A DNA stretch of 63,649 nt, filler included, from Octopus bimaculoides (lineage: Eukaryota), in the NCBI RefSeq assembly GCF_001194135.2. It is 8 parts of 8 records of this genome, joined end to end, with 100 filler letters (N's around TTAATTAATTAA, not from the genome) between each part and the next. Parts side by side here need not be neighbours in the genome. Positions count along the whole stretch, not along the records: positions 1 to 14,074 come from NC_068999.1; 7 more parts are not named here. One strand, 5' to 3'. This document shows positions 1 to 10,198 of the stretch, piece after piece. Every line of letters starts with the position of its first letter. Within the stretch, counting starts at the first letter, position 1. Made by a program: the position numbers and the translations under genes. The notes under the pieces were generated by a model, which saw nothing but the letters and a program-made list of their open reading frames with translations, was not told the DNA's origin and ran no database searches.

Positions 1-76
1 CCTCCCCCTCCTCCTCCTCCACATCATCATCATCACCATCACTAACAAAATCCTTTCATTTATAATTGATTAATAC

Positions 77-109
77 TTGGTTTCATTCAGCCATGACACC
101 ATATTATTA

Positions 110-179
<70 letters not shown>

Positions 180-250
180 CATCATCATTATTATTATTAT
201 TGCGGTTGTTGTTGTCATTATTATTATTATTATTATTATTATTAATTACT
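77..250. repeat. (TTA)n/(TCA)n trinucleotide microsatellite cluster
   Basis: Direct reading; explains the poly-Leu ORF 77..307. Confidence 0.95.
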
Positions 251-517
251 ACTGTTGCGAAAAATTCCGCTGGGGCTCGATTTTTGCCTTTTATCCTTCC
301 AGAATGAATAAAATATAATACCAGGAAAATACTCAGGTCAGTGTAATCAACTGTACAACCTTATGTCTCTATTGCTTGTTGTCTATGTTAAATATCTGTC
401 CTACTGGTGGCCAACTATACTTATCTACTTCAGAAGTGAATGGTGGATGTTAGAATACAATACCAGAAATATAACTGAGTCGAAATGAGAGTTTCCTCTC
501 AAAAGGATTTCTGTCCA

Positions 518-575
<58 letters not shown>

Positions 576-597
576 TTATTATTATTATTATTATTAA

Positions 598-812
598 GGC
601 GGCGAGCTGGCAGAATCGTTAGCACGTTGGACGGAATGCTTAGCGGTATTTCGCCCGTGGCTAAGTTCAGAGTTCCCATTTCGCCGAGGTCGACTTTGCT
701 CTCCATCTTTTCGGCATCGATAAATTATGTACGCGCTTGCGTACTGGAGTCGATCTAATCGACTGGCCCCCTCCCCCAAAAACATTCAGGCAGTGTGCCT
801 AGAGTAGAAAAG
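598..812 (+). mobile_element. tRNA-derived SINE, family B (head GGCGGCGAGCTGGCAGAATCGTTAG), near full length
   Basis: A-box-like head, B-box-like GAGTTC, body GGTCGACTTTGC..TCGATAAATT, tail AGTAGAAAAG followed by (ATT)n; many homologous copies in the window. Confidence 0.85.
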
Positions 813-834
813 ATTATTATTATTATCATTATTG

Positions 835-888
<54 letters not shown>

Positions 889-944
889 GTAGTAGTAGTA
901 GTAGTAGTAGTAGTAGCAGCAACAACAGCAGCAATACCAACACC

Positions 945-975
<31 letters not shown>

Positions 976-1098
976 ACTGACAGGAGGTTTGTGTGTGTGT
1001 GTGTGTGTGTGTTAATGTTCGTTAAATTATTTTGTGGTAATTGTAGTTCTTGTTCATATTGCAGGTTGTGATGCTGACGTTTTTATTATTATTATTAT

Positions 1099-1175
<77 letters not shown>

Positions 1176-1205
1176 ATTATTATTATTAATATTATTATTA
1201 TTAAT
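810..1205. repeat. Compound (ATT)/(AGT)/(AGC)/(GT)/(TTG) microsatellites
   Basis: Direct reading. Confidence 0.9.
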
Positions 1206-1474
1206 ATTCATAGTGTTATTACTATTTTTATTTACATTGTGACTCTTGTATCCACTGACGCCGTTGTTGTTTATTTTAGTTACTAAATATTTATTAATAA
1301 ACCTCTCAACCCAGATGAATGTTATGCTAATGTAAAATATTTGTTATATTATATTGTATTAAGTTATCGTATATCCATATTACTTAGCACATCTCTGTTA
1401 TATAATCTCAGTGTCTTCTAATGAAATATTGAAAAGTATAGCGATATCAATATTTGCTAAATGAATGTTGACTG

Positions 1475-2120
1475 CGAGATGGCGGAATCGTTTGTGCGGC
1501 GGACAAAATGCTCAGAGTTCAAATCTCAGGGTCGATTAAATAAGTACCCGTTGAACACTAGTATCGATGTAATCAACTTATCCTTCGCTCTAAATTTTAG
1601 GTCATGCCTATAGTAGAAAAAATGTTATTGTTGTTGTTGGGGCAGAAGTGGCACTGTAGTTAGGACGCCTGACAGAATGCTTAGCGGCATTAAGTCCGTC
1701 TTTACCTACTACTACTATTAATAATAATAATAATAATGGTAGTAGAAGTAGTAATAATAGTAGTAGTGGTAGTAGTAGAGAAATAATAGCTAGAAATTTG
1801 TTATTTCTAACAGACATATAAGATCAGAAATACTTTGAGAGGGAACTGTCAATTATTTTCACCCAGTTATATCACTGGTATAGTATTTTATCGCCCCACT
1901 TTCTCTCTGGAGTAGATAAGTATAGTAGGCCACCAGTGGGACAGATTTCTAAGACAGGCAACAAACTACATTCAAATTTTGTAGAGGTCGACTTTGCCTT
2001 TCCCCTTTTCGGGCCAATAAAATAAATACCAGTCAACTACTGGGATCGATATAATCAACTACCCTCCCACCTCATTCAAATTTCAGGATTTGTACCTGTA
2101 GTATAAAAGATTATTACCAT
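1475..2120 (+). mobile_element. Cluster of partial or decayed SINE family B copies
   Basis: Segments at ~1475-1622, 1637-1710 and 1965-2120 match the head, body and tail of the 598-812 copy. Confidence 0.6.
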
Positions 2121-2292
2121 TATTATTTCATATCAAAGTGTAGTAATATTTGTTATTATATAATATAACATGATATAGTATAACATAACGATAGCTGTTA
2201 TATTTATCAATGTTTGTTATTGCATTTTTATTATTAAAATAAATCGATGTGCTATTATATCGATTGTTTAAATATATATGTGTGTGTATCTA

Positions 2293-2338
<46 letters not shown>

Positions 2339-2859
2339 NNNNNNNNNNNNNNNNNNNNNNNNNNNNNNNNNNNNNNNNNNNNNNNNNNNNNNNNNNNNNN
2401 NNNNNNNNNNNNNNNNNNNNNNNNNNNNNNNNNNNNNNNNNNNNNNNNNNNNNNNNNNNNNNNNNNNNNNNNNNNNNNNNNNNNNNNNNNNNNNNNNNNN
2501 NNNNNNNNNNNNNNNNNNNNNNNNNNNNNNNNNNNNNNNNNNNNNNNNNNNNNNNNNNNNNNNNNNNNNNNNNNNNNNNNNNNNNNNNNNNNNNNNNNNN
2601 NNNNNNNNNNNNNNNNNNNNNNNNNNNNNNNNNNNNNNNNNNNNNNNNNNNNNNNNNNNNNNNNNNNNNNNNNNNNNNNNNNNNNNNNNNNNNNNNNNNN
2701 NNNNNNNNNNNNNNNNNNNNNNNNNNNNNNNNNNNNNNNNNNNNNNNNNNNNNNNNNNNNNNNNNNNNNNAAAACCGTTATTTTCCCTGCTGTGAATCTG
2801 TTTTTCCATTTGTGCTTTAAAGTGTTTCACTTCTAAACACTTCACACTCGGCTAACACA

Positions 2860-3530
<671 letters not shown>

Positions 3531-4427
3531 CTCTGTTCCTCAGCCACCCGCTTCAGTATCCATGTGTTTCTTCCTCTTTCTTCCCTTTCTCCCTCATATG
3601 ACCTGTCCCTTACATCCATTCCTTACTAATTAATCTCACTACTCTTGTATAATTTTTTCTGAATAATTCTTTCCTCCTCTCTAACATCATTCGTTAACCC
3701 TTTCATCCATTCATTAACTCGTTCATCCATTCATTAACTCGTTCATCCACCACCTTTCTCATTCAGTTTTACTTTCTTGTTTGCATAGTGAGGAAGCATG
3801 AATAGTACCCGTAACACTTTACAGAGTATCCAAGATCTATGGAAGAGTGGATAGACGGTGGCTACAAATTTAAGACCTGTGCCTAATACATACAGCAAAG
3901 TGCCCTTCATTAAAGACATCCAAGATGCCGTTGTTATTAAATCGGACGATGGATTAAGTGTACTATTGAAGTAGGTAGGCTACGATGGAATTTGAACTCA
4001 GAACGCAAAGAGACAAATCAAGAACTGCAAGGTGCCTTCTCTTTGTCCAACCGTTCTGCAGGTCCACAGCCTTTATTTTTCGACCCTGCAATGATGAAAG
4101 GCGACCTCGGAGGAATCTGAAATCTGACTATGAGGTACTAGAAAAACAAAAAAAAGTGCAAGATAGTTCGTCTGATGCTCTGCCGGCTCCGCGAATTCTA
4201 CATATCAGCTTGAGACTGCATCACACAAATTGACAGAGGCCGTTTCTCTTTTTCTTTGCTACATCCTCTTCATTTTCTTTTCCCCTCATTCTATCGCACT
4301 TTCTTTCTTTCTTTCTTTCTTTTCATAGTTGCACCTTCTTCCTTTCTTAACTACAAATCTCTCTTTTCTCCCTATTTCACTCTCACTCTCACTCTTCCAC
4401 TCATTTCTCCACTAAATTATCATCACA

Positions 4428-4472
<45 letters not shown>

Positions 4473-4542
4473 ACCCCCCCACACACACAAACGCACACAC
4501 ACTTACAAACCATTACGCGATATTAATTACCCTTATTAAGTC

Positions 4543-4735
4543 GGCGCTCTGGCAGCATCGTTAGCACGCTGAGCAAAAGTTGTCAGCGGCATTTTGTCTG
4601 TCCTTACGTTCTGAGTTCAAATCCCACCGAAGTCGAGTTTGCTCTTTCATCCTTTCGGGGTCGATCAAATAAGACTTACCTCTTCCTCCGAAATTGCTGG
4701 CCTTTTTCCAAAATTTGAAACCAATATTAATTATT
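4543..4735 (+). mobile_element. SINE family B copy
   Basis: GGCGCTCTGGCAGCATCGTTAGCACG...GTTCTGAGTTCAAATCCCACCGAAGTCGAGTTTGC...CCGAAATTGCTGGCC. Confidence 0.8.
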
Positions 4736-5458
4736 ATTTCTTTTGCATCTCCCTTTCTCTCTTCTATTTTCCATCGCCCTGTTTCTCCCTCCCTCTCCCT
4801 CTCTCCATCTATCATTGTATCTGTCTATCTATCTATCTATCTGTCTGCCTGTCTCCCTCTCTTTCTCTCTGTCTTTCCCTTCTCTCTACAAATACCCAGT
4901 TTCTAAGTAACCCACTCTCCACCACCGACTTTCCTCTCCACCACCAACTTTCCTCTCATTCCCTGAAGTTTTCCATTAATTAATTGTTTGCAGCCAGTTC
5001 TACAAATACACGCGCACGTACACACACACACATACACAAATACACACGGATACACACATACCCGCATTAATTAAACATAGTGACAATCGCCATCACAAAA
5101 TCTGCCACTGCCAACAACAACATCAACAACAATGCCATAATTTCAACAACAACAACAACAAAGCCAAGCTATTCCTTACTTTATTATTCATCGAGTCAGG
5201 TGTTCAGTTATAGTTTTATGTTCAATGCCATTTTTTTTACCATTTCTTGTGCCCCCCCCCCCACCTCCGCTCTCTAAAATATATCACCCACAGATAAACT
5301 TGACAGGAAATGTTAAAGCGACCAGCTATAAATGGTCGTCATCATAAGTCTTATGAATAATACCTAATGGTGCGTTTCTGTGTTACTGAAGTATTTTGAA
5401 GCAGATGGGTTAGATTGGACAGTTAGAAAAACACTATGTACTAGGAGCTGTAGAAACT

Positions 5459-5778
5459 GGCGCTCCATCGGTTACAACGACGAGGGTTCCAGCTGATCCG
5501 ATCTACGGAACAGCTTGCTTGTGAAATTAACGTGCTAGTGGCTGAGCGCTCCAGAGACACGCGTACCCCGTACATAGTTCTCAGTGAGATTCAGCGTGAC
5601 ATGGAATGTAACAAGGATGGCCCTTTGAATTACAGATACAACTCGTTTTTTTTTGCCAGTTGAATGGACTGGGGCATAATGAAATAAAATATCTTGTTCA
5701 AGGACACAATGCACCGTCGGGTTTCGAACTCATGACTGCCATTGTGAGCAGAATACTTTAACCACCAAGCCACGCGCC
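5459..5778 (-). mobile_element. tRNA-derived SINE, family C (tail GTTAATTTCACGAGCAGGCTGTTCCGTTGATCGGATCAACTGGAACCCTCG)
   Basis: Reverse complement has head GGCGCGTGGCTTGGTGGTTAAAG..GAGTTCGAAACCC; tail homologous to 39671-39976 and 51537-51899. Confidence 0.85.
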
Positions 5779-5884
5779 TTGACGGCTTTGGAAATAGGAT
5801 GTGTTGCGTCTATGACTTTTGTGCAGGGTTTTATTAGTAGTTAAAGGCAATTTTATAAAGCAAAATACGGATCGAGCTTCATTT

Positions 5885-6026
5885 TACATTATTTACATTC
5901 GAAGGATATTTGTCCTCATCGTGTTTGTTGTTAACACAACGTTTCGGCTGAAATACCCTCCAGCCTTCTTTAGGTGTCTTGGGGGAAATTTCGAACCTGG
6001 GTTCTCATTCCTAAGGTATTTTTCGA

Positions 6027-6058
<32 letters not shown>

Positions 6059-6118
6059 GTGTTCGGAATCTTGGGGTTAGTAGCCCGCGCTCTTAACCAC
6101 TACGCCATATGCCCGTGG

Positions 6119-6119
<1 letters not shown>
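5885..6119 (-). mobile_element. Short element: tRNA-like head + (AAT)n + hammerhead-containing body
   Basis: Reverse complement begins CACGGGCATATGGCGTAGTGGTTAAGAGCGCGGGCTACTAACCCCAAG, then (AAT)n, then a body ~94-95% identical to 6167-6313. Confidence 0.75.
5933..5978 (-). ncRNA. Minimal type I hammerhead-like motif, core mutated (CUAAAGA, G5A)
   Basis: GACAC-CTAAAGA-A-GGCTG[GAGGGTATTT]CAGCC-GAAA-CGTT-GTGTT; stems I and II intact, core G5 lost. Confidence 0.55.
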
Positions 6120-6171
<52 letters not shown>

Positions 6172-6335
6172 TCGAAAAATACCTTAGGAATGAGAACCCA
6201 GGTTCGAAAATTCCCCCAAGACACCTGAAGAAGCCTGGAGGGTATATCAGCCGAAACGTTGTGTTAACAACAAACAAGGTGAGGACAAATATCTGTCGAA
6301 TGTAAATAATGTACATAATTCCTCATCACTTAAAT
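6120..6335 (+). mobile_element. Second, headless copy of the same element (inverted relative to 5885-6119)
   Basis: (AAT)n followed by AACATCGAAAAATACCTTAGG...AATGTACATAATTCC; direct alignment to the reverse complement of the left arm. Confidence 0.8.
6220..6265 (+). ncRNA. Minimal type I hammerhead ribozyme motif (Penelope-associated type), core intact
   Basis: Stem I GACAC/GTGTT, core CTGAAGA + extra A, stem II GCCTG/CAGCC (one C-C mismatch), GAAA, palindromic ACGT stem III, predicted cleavage GUU after 6260. Confidence 0.65.
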
Positions 6336-6464
6336 ATAGAACTGAGTTTCATTTTGTCGATTACTTCTTTCCCTCACCCTCTTCCTTCCATCTCTTCTTT
6401 CTCTCTTCTTTCCCTCTTCTTTCCCTCTCCCTCATATGAACTTCCTTCCATATCACTTACCAAT

Positions 6465-6648
6465 TGATTTCAAATTTTGGCACAAGGCCAGCAATTTCGG
6501 CGAAAGGGTAAATCGATTAACTCAGTGTTCTACTGGTACTTTTTATCGACTCCGAAAGGGATGAAAGGCCAAGTCGACCTCGGCAGAATTTGAACTCAGA
6601 ACGTAATGACAGACGAAATGCTACTAAGCATTCTACCAGCTCGCCGCC
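6465..6648 (-). mobile_element. SINE family B copy
   Basis: Reverse complement of head (CCAGCTCGCCGCC) and body (GTCGACCTCGGCAGAATTTGAACTCAGAACGT). Confidence 0.85.
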
Positions 6649-7633
6649 TTAGATTCCTGATTAATTAATCTCACTAATTTGCTTTTCCTGCATGCTTTCT
6701 TTCTCTCTATTTCTTTGTCGCACAAATTCCTTTTCAATAACTCATTTAGGCATTTCCTCACTCACTCAGTTTTTGATCGCTTATTCAAGAGGGAGGGCTA
6801 ATACCTATACACTTTCCGAGGGCATCCGAGACCGGTCAAAGAAATGAAACAGATATCTTCAAACCAGAAACCTAGCCGATTGCTTGTAAGGGAATAGACT
6901 CATTTGCCGAGGAGTCCGTTCTGGTGGTGGTGTTAATCCAGATGGTGGTGTGAATCCGATGATGGTGGTGTTAATCCGGGTGACGAAGTAAGTGCACTAC
7001 CCAAGTAAGATACTGGGTGGTTTGAACTCAGAACACTAACAATCAGTACAAATAACGCAAGACTGACACTCTAATGTTTCCGCCAATTTGCTACGCCAGA
7101 CTGATATTGTATTTTATCGACCTATAAGGGGGGAGGGGCATGGTTAGTATCGGTGGGATTTGAACTTAGAACAAGAATCCCAAAGCCAAAACATTTACTT
7201 TTTTTTCAGGGCTTTTCATTCTATAGTGAAGGATGTAGGAGAAACAGAATCGGTAAGGGAAGTGGCTGCACAAAATGTATTGTCGTATACAAATATATTT
7301 GTTTACATCTTGAGTTCGAATCCCACTTCCGTCAACATTGTATTCTAATCCTCCTGAGATCGACGAAATATGAACTAATAAAGAGCTGATAATGATACAA
7401 TCAGGTGTCACCTTCCTTCGAATGTATGGCTCTGAGTTTATGTTAGAAATCCTCGGATGGTTTTTAGTTTGAAATACCTGAGTTCGACATCAAATAGTTT
7501 TCACGGTTCAGATTTATTGATGGTTGAAGCTAATTCTTATAGAATTACTGTTTATATCCTGTTTCTGTAGTGCTATGTGGATGTGAGATTTATACATATG
7601 CATAGATACACGGATATATACACCCAATCACCA

Positions 7634-7667
<34 letters not shown>

Positions 7668-8062
7668 ACACAAATACACATACAACCTTGCCAGTCATGG
7701 CTGGTGGAATGGCAGAGTCTTTGAAACTTTGTAAAATAAAGTCAGCTTGCCGCATTCATGACGACAGCAACAGCAATGTTGTTTAGAAACAAACGTTGGA
7801 CCTAAAATCCACCTCTAATCTATGGGTTTACAAGCATAAATCTATGTTGGAAGGTTCGTTCGTATTCAACTTACTATTTGATCTCCCGACAGAACAAAAC
7901 GAGAGATGTACATTTATTACAGTCAACGGTTCGCTGTAAACCTTCAGTTATTTCACTGAATTATGTCGAGATCTCAGTGTAGTTACTGGTCTGTTTTTGT
8001 TTTTAACAAGCATTTAACAAAACAAAACATATACATACATCCCCACCCCCATATATATGCAC

Positions 8063-8156
<94 letters not shown>

Positions 8157-8326
8157 TTATCTACAGTTAGAGAAGAAGTGAGAGTGTGAGGGAGTGAGAG
8201 ATAGATCGATTGATAGAAAGATAAACAGTTACATAGTTTCTATGCATATGTATATATTTATATATGCGAAGACACACATGTGTGTGTGTATATATATATA
8301 TATTGTGTGTGTTCATATATGTATGC

Positions 8327-8388
<62 letters not shown>

Positions 8389-9320
8389 NNNNNNNNNNNN
8401 NNNNNNNNNNNNNNNNNNNNNNNNNNNNNNNNNNNNNNNNNNNNNNNNNNNNNNNNNNNNNNNNNNNNNNNNNNNNNNNNNNNNNNNNNNNNNNNNNNNN
8501 NNNNNNNNNNNNNNNNNNNNNNNNNNNNNNNNNNNNNNNNNNNNNNNNNNNNNNNNNNNNNNNNNNNNNNNNNNNNNNNNNNNNNNNNTATATATATATA
8601 TATATATATATATATCGCACTTTCAGGGGATATTATGCTGTATGTTTTTTCACTGTTTCCAAAGAAATGCCATATAAACGAAAATTGTTAAATAAACCGA
8701 GATCTTTGTCTCAAACCAAATCAGATTAATTCGATCGTGTTGTTTATTGAAAAGATTTCAATCTTTTAAGTAATTCATCTTTTCAAGTGAGCTTTTGTGA
8801 TTTCTCTTATCCATTCTTTTACATCTTTATCGGATATCATGACTTTCCTACAGCTATTAATACAGTTTATTCCACGTCTCTCTCCTCTCTCTCTCCCTTT
8901 CTTTCTCCCTCTCTCCCTCTCTCCCTCTCGTTCTTTCATTCTTGCTCTGTCACACACACACACACACACACATCAAGCCAGTCTTGTATAAAAGTGTCCA
9001 CATATTTGTACCAAAGATATACTTGAAGACAGAAAAGTCTCAAGAAAGAGAAGAACAGTAAAATCGTTATTAAGAAACGACAGCAAAAGAAAACAATAAA
9101 AACAGAGCCGAGTGAAAGCAAAGACATGAAGAACAATAATAATAATTGTTATTATTATGACAAATAGGAAATCTGGGATGAAAGATAATAAAAGTAATTA
9201 TAAAGAATAATTTGAAAACAAAAGCATGTAATGAAATCAAACTTATACAGATTAATACAAAAAAAAAACAATGTATGTGTGTTTGAATGATCGTGTGTAC
9301 GTGGACACACACGCGCGCGC

Positions 9321-9357
<37 letters not shown>

Positions 9358-9764
9358 TATTGATACACACACAGGCACACATACCCTTACGCACACATAT
9401 ATGAATGCGTGTGTGTGTGTGTGTGTGAAAGAATACAAAAATATCCCGGAAAAAGCTCTAAAATAAGTAAACAAATAAACAAGCACAAAATAACGGTAAT
9501 ATAAATGAGTCTTGGCTATATTAAATTTTGCAAACTGGAAACCAAATGTTAATGATAATCTCGGGTTAAGATTTGATTAAAACCTTCATATGAATTAAAT
9601 GAGGGGAACCCAAAGGACTGTGATTTTCGTAAATTATTTTTCCAAGTTTTATGATTATTTTCACTAAATACAATAAGTTCTGCAAATGAAGTTGTCGTTT
9701 CGGGACGCGGTTTCCATTTCTGGAAAGTTTTAATTTACGCTGCTAATAATTTTCTGTTCTGAAA

Positions 9765-9985
9765 CGGCGAGCTGCCTGCCAGGGACGTTGTTGCGCCGGA
9801 AAAATGCTTAGCCAGTACTATTTCCGATTTTACGTTCTGAGATCAAATTCCTCCGAAGTCTGCTTTGCCTTTCATCTTTTTGAGGTCGATAAAGTAAGTA
9901 CTAGTCGAGCACTGGGACGATGCAATCGACTTATCACTTCCCCCGAAATTGCAGGCCTTGTTCTAAAATTTGCAACCAATGATTT
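9765..9985 (+). mobile_element. SINE family B copy
   Basis: CGGCGAGCTG...GTTCTGAGATCAAATTCC...CCCCGAAATTGCAGGCCTTG. Confidence 0.8.
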
Positions 9986-9994
9986 TCGTTCTCC

Positions 9995-10198
9995 TTTAGG
10001 CACAAGGTCTTGAATTTTAACGGAGTGGGCAAGTCAATTGCATTGACCCTAGAGTCCAAAAAGAGCTTATTTTATCGACCACAAAGGAATGAAAAACGAA
10101 GTCAATGTCGGTGGAATTTGAACTCATGAAGTAAAGAGCTAGACGCAGTCCGCTAAGCATTTTGTCCGGCGTGCTAACGATTCTTCGAGCTGGCTGCC
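9995..10198 (-). mobile_element. SINE family B copy, inverted and adjacent to 9765-9985
   Basis: GGAATTTGAACTCA...CTAAGCATTTTGTCCGGCGTGCTAACGATTC is the reverse complement of the family B head. Confidence 0.8.

Noticed and set aside
9027-9167. Open frame ..KKRQQKKTIKTEPSESKDMKNNNNN
   Set aside because: A-rich low-complexity DNA, no pyrimidine acceptor and no usable upstream ATG; the protein-like look is probably compositional.
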